DNA from: Blastocatellia bacterium
GTDB lineage: Bacteria > Acidobacteriota > Blastocatellia > UBA7656 > JADIYM01
Assembly: GCA_044224215.1 (NCBI GenBank)
Contig: JBGAKX010000004.1
Span: forward strand, 7,709-71,708
Reading direction: 5' to 3'
Length of the DNA: 64,000 bases
The position numbers and the translations under genes are program-made. The notes beneath the pieces were generated by a model. It was not told the origin of the DNA and made no database searches. It saw nothing but the letters and a program-made list of their open reading frames with translations. Positions 51,234 to 59,305 of the stretch are shown here, piece by piece (the first letter of the stretch is position 1; each line of letters begins with the position of its first letter).

Positions 51234-53579
51234 GTGACGATCCGTCCCGGTTCATCTGCACGCCGGTTTGCCGCCACCGTTGTCGCGATTCTCGTGTCGA
51301 TGACGGTCGGCGCGCGCGCGGCTCGGGACACAACGTCCGAGTCCGCATTCGGCGAACGACTGGCGATCGCCGTCGTCGACCGGCTCTACCCCGAGTCGTA
51401 CGGCGCGCCGGCCGCGACATCGGGCGGCACGCTTCGCGCCGACGATCCGGCCGATCAACCGCTCGTCGACAAGTGTGCGCGGCTCACCAAAGGGACGAAT
51501 CCGTTCGCGCCGGACGGCGGCCCGCTCGAGGCCGCGTTGGCGGCCGTCTGCGCGGTCGAGCAGGTTTCGACAGCCGAATCCGTGGCGGCCGAGATCGAGC
51601 AGCGCCGGCGTTGTGAGCAGGCGCTCGCGGCTGCGCGTGCCGCGCAGTCCGGTGTTTTGACGGCGCATTGCCTCACCTGGCTCGGGCTCTATGCGCTGCA
51701 GGGAGGCGACGCGGTCACCGCAAGGAGATTCCTGAGCGAAGCCGCAAGCGTCGCCGAGACCGCGCGGCTCGCGCGGATCGCGATCACCGCACGGCGCAAC
51801 CTGTCGGTGACGTACGCGCTCGAGGGTGACATTGCCGCGGCGATGCGCGAGGACCAGGCGGCCGAGAAGGACCTTGCGCTGACGTCGATGGCGGCCGACC
51901 GGCGCCGTGTCGGACCTCCGCTGTATGCCGAGCTCACCGATTTTGCGGCGCGGCTCGGTGACCCGCAGCTCGCGGGGTCGTACGCCCGGCGCCGCGCCGA
52001 ATTGATGGTGGAGGCAAATGCTCCCGCGCCCGACTCGGCGGATGCGTGGGAGCGCGTCGCACAGTTGCTCTCGCAGGCGGTGCGCGACGGATCGCCGGCG
52101 GCCCAGGCCGCGGCGGATGCATTCTCGGACGCCGCAACTCTCAGGATGGCGGCGCGTCAGAAGGACCGCGCGGTGGTGGATTACACTGCCGCAGGTGTTC
52201 TGCTCGTCGAGAACGCGACGGGCGCGGCCGCGCGCATCCCGTTGCAGAAGGCGCTGGCGATCGCGACGTCGCTCGGCGATGCGGGCGTGCGTGCAAGCGT
52301 CGAGTACTGGCTTGGTCGGTCCTATCTCGCCGACGCGCATCGCGCCGATGGCGCGGCTGCCGTTGCAGCACGGGATCGCGGCATCGCGCTCCTCGAGACC
52401 GCGCTCGCGCGGTTGAAGCCGGCACACCGAAACCACGCGGGCTCGAACTCCGAGATCGAGGCGACCCTTCATCTGTGGATCGGCAAGGCGCTGCTCGAGC
52501 GAACGCCGACCGACGCGAGCATTCTGCGTGGCGCCATCGGGCACTTTCGCGAAGCGTTCGTCGACACGCTCGCTCACGGTGACGTGAACGAGGCCGTATC
52601 GTGTGCAGAGCTGGTCATTCGCTCGACGGCGGCGCTGGGCGAACCGGTCGCGGCGGGCCACGCGGCCGAGGAGCTCTACGACCGGTTGTCGGCGACGGGA
52701 AAAATCGATCCCGCCAACGCGGCGCGCGCGCTCGGCCGGCAGCTGCAGGACGCGCTCGCCGCGAACCAGTCGGCGGGGACGCTTCCCATACCGGTGGTGT
52801 CGTTCTATGACCACGTCGCGGTGTCGCTCGTCGCAGCGCCAGACAACAGATCGGCGGCCATCGAGGCGCTGCTCGTCGAATCGGCGGCAGCGCGCGGCGA
52901 TACGGCTCTCGTGAGCGAGCGGGCGGAACGCGCATACAGTGCGCTCGTCTCGGCAGGGAAAAACGACGACGCATACATGCTTGCAGACGCCGTGCGCGCC
53001 GTCTGGACGGGACGCAACGCGTCGAATGCCTCAAAGTGGCTGGATCGATGCGCCGAGCTCGCCACCGCCGCGTATGAAAAGGCGATCGCCGAAAAACGCA
53101 TTGAAGCCGCGACACGCGCCGCCGACCGGCTCGCCGCGATTGCAGAGATGCGAGGCGACGCCGCCGATCTGCAGAGATGGCGGACGGTTCGCGCGGAGCT
53201 CTGCGGCCAGGACGCGCAGCGCATCGAGGCGACCGGCAAGACGGCACTTGCATCCGAGGCGTGGCGCGGCGCCGCGGACGCGTCGCGCGTCGCGGGCGAC
53301 CTCGCCGCAGCGCGCTCAAGATATGACCGCGCGGCCGTGCTTGCAGACGCCGCGCAGAACCTCGATTCACGCGCGCTGGCGCTCGCGGGACTGGCTGCCG
53401 TCGAGCGGGACCTCGGCGACCGGACGGCTGCTGCCGAGACAGCGCGCCAGGCGTTCGCCGATTTTTCCGACCTCGCGACCCGCGCGACGGACGCAACCGT
53501 CAGGCAGCGCTTCACGGAGCGGGCGGACGAGATGCGCCGGCTGCTCGCCGAACTCGACGGCGCGAAACCGCACGACTGA
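51234..53579 (+). CDS. Secreted Ala-rich TPR-like repeat protein
   Basis: Signal peptide; helical repeats such as AHCLTWLGLYALQGGDAVTARRFLSEA and ASVEYWLGRSYL; GTG 1 nt after the trpA stop. Confidence 0.7.
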   Translation: MTIRPGSSARRFAATVVAILVSMTVGARAARDTTSESAFGERLAIAVVDRLYPESYGAPAATSGGTLRADDPADQPLVDKCARLTKGTNPFAPDGGPLEAALAAVCAVEQVSTAESVAAEIEQRRRCEQALAAARAAQSGVLTAHCLTWLGLYALQGGDAVTARRFLSEAASVAETARLARIAITARRNLSVTYALEGDIAAAMREDQAAEKDLALTSMAADRRRVGPPLYAELTDFAARLGDPQLAGSYARRRAELMVEANAPAPDSADAWERVAQLLSQAVRDGSPAAQAAADAFSDAATLRMAARQKDRAVVDYTAAGVLLVENATGAAARIPLQKALAIATSLGDAGVRASVEYWLGRSYLADAHRADGAAAVAARDRGIALLETALARLKPAHRNHAGSNSEIEATLHLWIGKALLERTPTDASILRGAIGHFREAFVDTLAHGDVNEAVSCAELVIRSTAALGEPVAAGHAAEELYDRLSATGKIDPANAARALGRQLQDALAANQSAGTLPIPVVSFYDHVAVSLVAAPDNRSAAIEALLVESAAARGDTALVSERAERAYSALVSAGKNDDAYMLADAVRAVWTGRNASNASKWLDRCAELATAAYEKAIAEKRIEAATRAADRLAAIAEMRGDAADLQRWRTVRAELCGQDAQRIEATGKTALASEAWRGAADASRVAGDLAAARSRYDRAAVLADAAQNLDSRALALAGLAAVERDLGDRTAAAETARQAFADFSDLATRATDATVRQRFTERADEMRRLLAELDGAKPHD

Positions 53580-53599
53580 CGGGTCAGGTCCGCCGCGTG

Positions 53600-54511
53600 T
53601 TACGCGTCGCGATCCGCGACCGCTTCGCGCAGCCGGTTCTCGAGAACGCGCGACGGCGAGAACTCCTGCATGCGCAGGTAATGGGCTGCGGCCGCGAGCA
53701 TGGCGTCGTCGGGAATCAGACCGATGAGCTCGGTCGACAGGATGCCGACCCCGCGGGTCTCGGCTTCGTGGCGAACGGCGTCGAACGCGACGTGTATCGG
53801 CGTCACAAGATAGTTCACGAGATTCATCGAGACCTGCACGCGGTCGCGCGACCGGATCTCGAATCCGAGCGCCTTGATGAACGGCACGCCGCCCGAGCTG
53901 AATCTCACGGCACGCGCGATCGCTCGCGCAACGGTGATGTCGTTTGTATCGAGCAGCACGTTGAAGGCGATCAGGGGGCCGCGCGCGCCAACCGCCGTGA
54001 TCCCGGCCGTCGGGTGGACCCTCGGGAGGCCGACGTCCGGCGCGCGGCGCGGAACTGCGCCGATCTCGTCGCGGATCCTCTCGAACTGTCCGCGCCTGAG
54101 GTCCGCGAGGTTCCGGTGTTCAGGCACGCGCGCCGACGCTTCGTAGTAGTACACGGGCACGCCGCATTCGTGCCAGATTCGCTCGGCGACACGATGCGAC
54201 GATTCCACGCACTCCGCCATGGTCGCTCCGTCGAGCGGCACGAACGGCACGACGTCGGCGGCGCCCATTCGGGGATGCGCGCCCTGGTGGCGAGTCAGGT
54301 CGATCAACGCGACGGCCCGGGCGACGCCGCGGAACGCGGCCTCCTCGACCGCAGCCGCATCGCCGGCGAATGTGACGACCGACCGATTGTGGTCCGCGTC
54401 GGACTCGCGACGCAGCAGCAGAATTCGGGGCACGGACGCGATCGCGCCGACGATGTCGTCGACGACGTCGTGATTGCGGCCCTCGCTGAAGTTCGGGATG
54501 CACTCGATCAC
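53600..54511 (-). CDS. ftcD: Glutamate formiminotransferase (formiminotransferase domain of FTCD)
   Basis: IECIPNFSEGR, DADHNRSVVT, HQGAHPRMGAADVVPFVP, VGARGPLIAFNV, VQVSMNL; GTG start preceded by TACAAT. Confidence 0.93.
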   Translation of the reverse strand: MIECIPNFSEGRNHDVVDDIVGAIASVPRILLLRRESDADHNRSVVTFAGDAAAVEEAAFRGVARAVALIDLTRHQGAHPRMGAADVVPFVPLDGATMAECVESSHRVAERIWHECGVPVYYYEASARVPEHRNLADLRRGQFERIRDEIGAVPRRAPDVGLPRVHPTAGITAVGARGPLIAFNVLLDTNDITVARAIARAVRFSSGGVPFIKALGFEIRSRDRVQVSMNLVNYLVTPIHVAFDAVRHEAETRGVGILSTELIGLIPDDAMLAAAAHYLRMQEFSPSRVLENRLREAVADRDA

Positions 54512-54590
54512 GCGCGGTATTGTAAGCCACGCAACGCGCGATTCCATCTTGACGCGCGGCTGTCCGGACACGGACAGTACGGCCGAGGCA

Positions 54591-56408
54591 ATGATGACCG
54601 CGAGCGACGAAACGCAGACGCCGGACACTGGCGACGATGCGGCGAATGCGCCAATGGCCCGGCTTCGGGCCGCGCACGCCGAGTCCGACGGGTTCGAGCG
54701 CGCGTTTGTGTATGGCGTCTTCGTCCTGATGGCTGTGGGCGTGCTGTGGTACGTGTGGGAATACGGCCGCAACCTGCCGTTCTGGGACGACTGGGAATAC
54801 ATCCCCGTCCTCAGCGGCAACCAGCCGTTCAGTCTGCAATGGCTGTGGACGGCACAGAACGAGCACCGGATGCCGCTCGAGCGGCTCGTCATCTTCATCG
54901 TCTGGCGAACGCTTGGCGACATTCGCGTCGTCATGGTGCTCGCAAACCTCGTCGTTGCGGCACTCGCTCTCTGGTTGATGGAGACCGTGCGCCGGTATCG
55001 CGGGCGCGTGAGCTACACGGACGCCTTCATTCCTCTCGTGCTCCTGCATTGGGGCATGTGCGAGAACATGATCTTCGCGATACAGATCTTCTTTGTGATG
55101 GCGCCAGCGCTTGCCATGTCGATCCTGCTCGTCGCGCTGACGCAGTGGCATGGCCGGATCGCTCGCGTCGTCGCGATCAGCGTGATGCTCGCGCTGCTTC
55201 CGATGCACGGTGCGATCGGTCTCACGCTGCTGCCGGCCATGTTGGCGTTCGTCGCGTACCTCGGCGTGTCACGGCTCCGCTCGGGTGACCTGCACGGTCG
55301 TCGCGATGCGCTCGTGCTGCTTGCGGGATGCGTCGCTGCCTCGCTCGTTGCCGTGCTCTACTTCGTCGACTTTCATCGAATACCGAGCCATCCGGGCATG
55401 CGGTCCGCGGGCGGCGTCGTGCGAACCGTTGCGGAGGTGCTCAGCCTTGCGATCGGTCCCGGCATTCAGTCGATGTGGCCCGTCGCGGCCGGCGGGGTCG
55501 TCGTGGCCGTCGCGGCGGCCGTCATATTTGCCGCTGCTGTTGCGTTCGCGCGGCCGTCCGATCGCGAACACGCGATCGCGCTGCTCGCCGCGATGGCCGC
55601 GTTTGCGCTGCTGATCGTCGCGGTTGGGTACGGCAGATCCGGGTTCGGGCCGGGACAGGGCTTTTCGTTCCGTTACGCGATCTTTGCGGCGCCGCTTCTG
55701 TGCTGCGCCTACCTGTCCATCTCGATGTTTGCAACCGACGCGCGCGGACGGTTTGTGCGCACCATGCTGCTGCTGGCGATCGTGACTGTTCTGCCGGCGA
55801 ATACGCGCATCGGAATTACATACGGGATCGATCGCGCGGACCGCGCCGACGTCCTGACGGCGGCGATCGACGCCGGGGCGCCGCCCTCGGTTGCCGCCTC
55901 GCGCAGCTGGGACCGCGTGTATCCCGATCGCGACGTGCTCGGCGAGCGGCTCGAAATGCTGCGGGCAGCCGGGTCCGCGCCGTATCGCGGCCGCGTCGAT
56001 GGAGATCGCCAGGTACGATACCGCGAGGAGGCTCTGCCGCTCGCGGTCGTGGCGGCGAACCAGGCGCACGTCGCCGACGGTCAGGTGATCGGCGACGGTG
56101 AGGATCCGTACGTCGTGTATCAGCTTCCGGCTCCGGAGTACGTCTGCGGAGTGCGGCTCGAGTATGCGGTCACGAATGACGCCAGTGTGCCGCCCGAGAT
56201 GCAGGTCTTCTGGAGCCTGTCGAGCCACTTCGATTTCGCGGAGGGCCGCAGATCCGAGGCATTCACGGTTCCCCAGGGTCCGGACACCCGCGAGACGACG
56301 GTCTGGATTTATGACACAATCGACCGGATGCGAATCGACCCGGACCGCCGTCCGTGCACGTTCAGGCTTGTGAGGGCAACATTGCTGTTACGGGAGACCA
56401 ACGAGTGA
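54591..56408 (+). CDS. Polytopic membrane protein, probable GT-C-fold glycosyltransferase with a C-terminal periplasmic beta domain
   Basis: About 12 TM; acidic PFWDDWEY loop after TM1; NEHRMP; overlaps a GT2 gene. Confidence 0.6.
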   Translation: MMTASDETQTPDTGDDAANAPMARLRAAHAESDGFERAFVYGVFVLMAVGVLWYVWEYGRNLPFWDDWEYIPVLSGNQPFSLQWLWTAQNEHRMPLERLVIFIVWRTLGDIRVVMVLANLVVAALALWLMETVRRYRGRVSYTDAFIPLVLLHWGMCENMIFAIQIFFVMAPALAMSILLVALTQWHGRIARVVAISVMLALLPMHGAIGLTLLPAMLAFVAYLGVSRLRSGDLHGRRDALVLLAGCVAASLVAVLYFVDFHRIPSHPGMRSAGGVVRTVAEVLSLAIGPGIQSMWPVAAGGVVVAVAAAVIFAAAVAFARPSDREHAIALLAAMAAFALLIVAVGYGRSGFGPGQGFSFRYAIFAAPLLCCAYLSISMFATDARGRFVRTMLLLAIVTVLPANTRIGITYGIDRADRADVLTAAIDAGAPPSVAASRSWDRVYPDRDVLGERLEMLRAAGSAPYRGRVDGDRQVRYREEALPLAVVAANQAHVADGQVIGDGEDPYVVYQLPAPEYVCGVRLEYAVTNDASVPPEMQVFWSLSSHFDFAEGRRSEAFTVPQGPDTRETTVWIYDTIDRMRIDPDRRPCTFRLVRATLLLRETNE

Positions 56409-57145
56409 CCGAGCCCCGGAACGAAACGGTGTCGGTGCTGATCCTCGCGCACAACGAGGCCGAGAACCTGGCGGAGCTGCTTCCGTCGGTGCGCGAGATC
56501 ATCGAATCCGAGGCCTTTCCCTTCGAGATCATCGTCGTGGACGGCGGTTCGGACGACGACACGCGCGGCGTCGCGCACGAACGGGGCGCTCGCGTCGTTC
56601 GGCAGGTGCTGCCGGGATACGCGAACGCGTTTCGCGAGGGACTGGCGGAGTGCTCGGGCGACCTCGTCGTGACGCTCGACGCCGACCTGTCGCATCGGCC
56701 CGGATTCGTCGCTCAACTGCTCGCCGCACGGCACGACGCCGAGATCGTGATCGCGTCCCGCTACGTGGCCGGCGGGGGCGCGGATATGCCGTGGACGCGA
56801 AGGGCGTTGAGCATCCTTCTCAACCGGACGTACACGCTGCTGCTCGGGTTGCGTTTGTCGGATGTTTCGAGCGGGTTTCGACTCTACAACCGCCGCGCGC
56901 TCGCGATGCTGACACCCCACGGCCGGCATTTCGACATCTTGCCCGAAATCGTCGTACTCGCCGCGCTGGCCGGGTGCAGGATCGCGGAGATCCCGTTTCA
57001 TTACCACCCCCGGGAGGCCGGCGTCTCGAAGGCGAGGGTGATGAAGTTCGGGCCGTCGTACGTACAGACGCTCGTGCGGTGCATGCGCGCGCGATGGCGC
57101 ACCGCGCCGCACCGGCACGAGACCTCGTCGGAGATCGCACCCTAG
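56405..57145 (+). CDS. GT2 polyprenol-phosphate glycosyltransferase (DPM1/GtrB-like)
   Basis: LAHNEAENL, VVDGGSDD, TLDADLSH, IASRY, DVSSGFRLY, EIPFHY; GTGA overlap. Confidence 0.9.
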   Translation: MTEPRNETVSVLILAHNEAENLAELLPSVREIIESEAFPFEIIVVDGGSDDDTRGVAHERGARVVRQVLPGYANAFREGLAECSGDLVVTLDADLSHRPGFVAQLLAARHDAEIVIASRYVAGGGADMPWTRRALSILLNRTYTLLLGLRLSDVSSGFRLYNRRALAMLTPHGRHFDILPEIVVLAALAGCRIAEIPFHYHPREAGVSKARVMKFGPSYVQTLVRCMRARWRTAPHRHETSSEIAP

Positions 57146-57169
57146 AACGTCCGTTGTCGGGGCGCCGCG

Positions 57170-58423
57170 TCAGGCCGCGCCGGACACCACCGTCCCGCGC
57201 TTGACGACGGTACGCGCGTGATTCACGCCAAAGAAGTACGGCACGCCGCGGTAGTCCGGCGTGTCGAAGACGACGAGATCCGCCTGCTTTCCGGGTTCGA
57301 TCGTGCCGATGCGATCCCCGCGGCCAAGCGCATACGCGGCGTTGACGGTGGCGGCAGTGAAGGCCTCGCTCGGGCGCATTCGCATCTGCGTGCACGCAAG
57401 CGTGAGAACCATCTGCATAGACGCCACCGGCGAGCTCCCCGGATTGAAATCGGTCGCGAGAACAACCTTTGCGCCGGCCTCGATCAGCCTGCGCGCCGGT
57501 GGGTACTTTGCAAGCCCGAGGTTGAAGACCGACCCCGGCAGCAGCACCGCCGTCACGGCGCTTCCGGCGATCGATCGAATCCCCGCGTCGTCGAGCTGTT
57601 CGAGATGATCGGCGGATGCGGCGCCGATCTCGACCGCAAGCTCCGTCCCGCCCGAGCGTGTCAGCTGATCCGCGTGGAACCGCGGCACAAGGCCGTGCGC
57701 CTGCGCGGCCGCGAGCACGCGGCGCGTGTCGTCGACCGAGAAGACATGCGCTTCGCAAAAGGCGTCGCAGCCTTCGGCGAGGCCTTCACGGGCGACGCGC
57801 GGGATCATCTCGTCGATCACCAGGCGGACGTATGCGTCGCGCCGGTCCCGGTACTCGTCGGGAAATTCGTGCGCGCCGAGCAGGGTCGGCGAGATCTCGA
57901 GCGGCGTGTCATTGGCAACACGACGGAGCGCGCGCAGCTGCTTGAGCTCGTCGTCGACGGTGAGGCCGTAACCGCTCTTCGCCTCGATCGTCGTCGTTCC
58001 GTGGGCGAGAAACGTCGCCGCGTGCCGGCGAGCGATCGCGACGAGCTCGTCTTCCGACGCCGCGCGTGTCAGCCGGACGGTCTGCCGGATGCCGCCTCCC
58101 GACGCTGCGATCTCCTCGTACGTTGCGCCCGCTATCCGCATCTCGTACTCCGCGGCGCGCGTGCCCGCAAAGACGGGGTGCGTGTGCGCGTCCACAAAGC
58201 CGGGTGCGACGGCGCATCCGGCGGCGTCGATTCTGACCGTGTCGGGATCTGCGCGTCGCGCGACGTCTCGTGTCGTGCCGACCGCCTCGATGACGCCGTC
58301 GCACGCAAGGACGGCGCCGTTCTCGACGATGCCGAGGTCGGCCATCTCTGCGCCAACGCGAGCACGGCTGGGGCCGTTCAGCGTGAGCAGCTGCGCGGCG
58401 TTTTCGATCAGGAGTGTGGCCAT
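57170..58423 (-). CDS. hutI: Imidazolonepropionase
   Basis: PGFVDAHTHPVFAG, GGGIRQTV, GTTTIEAKSGYGL, LGAH, FHADQL, SADHLE, ATDFNPGSSP. Confidence 0.97.
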   Translation of the reverse strand: MATLLIENAAQLLTLNGPSRARVGAEMADLGIVENGAVLACDGVIEAVGTTRDVARRADPDTVRIDAAGCAVAPGFVDAHTHPVFAGTRAAEYEMRIAGATYEEIAASGGGIRQTVRLTRAASEDELVAIARRHAATFLAHGTTTIEAKSGYGLTVDDELKQLRALRRVANDTPLEISPTLLGAHEFPDEYRDRRDAYVRLVIDEMIPRVAREGLAEGCDAFCEAHVFSVDDTRRVLAAAQAHGLVPRFHADQLTRSGGTELAVEIGAASADHLEQLDDAGIRSIAGSAVTAVLLPGSVFNLGLAKYPPARRLIEAGAKVVLATDFNPGSSPVASMQMVLTLACTQMRMRPSEAFTAATVNAAYALGRGDRIGTIEPGKQADLVVFDTPDYRGVPYFFGVNHARTVVKRGTVVSGAA

Positions 58424-58641
58424 GGAATTGTCCGGGCGATTCTAATGCACGCGCCGGTTGCGGAACACCTCTGCCGGAATTGACTCTCGGATGTGAGAGG
58501 CACAGTATGGCCGCAATCACTCATGGCGAGCGTTCCGTCGAGTCGCAGGCGCGTTCGGCACGACGTCCGGCGCGCTTGAGGCAACCACGACGCCCGTCGA
58601 CTCAAACCTTGAAACGGCTGGGGATCAGACGGAGGTATGTG

Positions 58642-58908
58642 ATGGATGCGGATACGGATTTGGCATTGCTGCGTTCTCGTGTTGTGTATCTCGAGGGCAT
58701 CCTGTGGTCTCTCGGAAAACTCCTGACGGGCGTCAAGGTTCCAAACGGCAGCACGGGACCCGGCACGCCACCGACCTCAGCTGACATGGACACGGCCCTC
58801 GCGGCGTTCGGATCGGCACTGTCGGGCCGCAGCGGCACCGGCTGCCCGCCGTGGTGCAACATCGACAACACCGCGCTCAACCGGCCCGTGGACTGGCCGA
58901 CGTACTAG
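58642..58908 (+). CDS. Small protein A (88 aa) with a GTGCPPWC motif
   Basis: GGAGG RBS 6 nt before the ATG; clear homology to the next ORF. Confidence 0.75.
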   Translation: MDADTDLALLRSRVVYLEGILWSLGKLLTGVKVPNGSTGPGTPPTSADMDTALAAFGSALSGRSGTGCPPWCNIDNTALNRPVDWPTY

Positions 58909-58981
58909 CCCTGAACACGCTGCCATTCGTTCACACGATCACTCGATAACGAACGCCGCCTTCGCGGACGAGGAGACCCGT

Positions 58982-59305
58982 ATGCCAACAATCGAACAGC
59001 GCGTTCAATTGCTCGAAGACAAGATAGACATTCTCGAGGACATCCTCTTCTCCCTCGGCAGGGCGCTGAAGCTCGGCGAGGCGCCGGCCGAGGCCAACTG
59101 GACGGCGCGTCCCGGCGGCGTGGCCGCCCTGCAGACGATCGACGACATCCTGTTCACGATCGGGAGCTACCTGGCGGACAGGACGCTTGCCGAACGGGTG
59201 GCGCTCGGACGCGGGACGAGCTGTCCACCTGTCTGTCCGAATCCGGTCAACATCGAGGCAGCCGTCGTGGCGAATGCTCGGCGGGTCAGGAAGCCGAAGC
59301 GGTAG
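58982..59305 (+). CDS. Small protein B (107 aa) with a GTSCPPVC motif, paralog of A
   Basis: GAGGAG RBS; homologous to 58642-58908; its 3' end overlaps the convergent kinase by 20 nt. Confidence 0.78.
   Translation: MPTIEQRVQLLEDKIDILEDILFSLGRALKLGEAPAEANWTARPGGVAALQTIDDILFTIGSYLADRTLAERVALGRGTSCPPVCPNPVNIEAAVVANARRVRKPKR

Noticed and set aside
58414-58641. Longer N-terminus for small protein A (ORF track start 58414)
   Set aside because: It overlaps the hutI start and promoter, has no RBS, and homology to protein B begins only after the GGAGG-preceded ATG at 58642.
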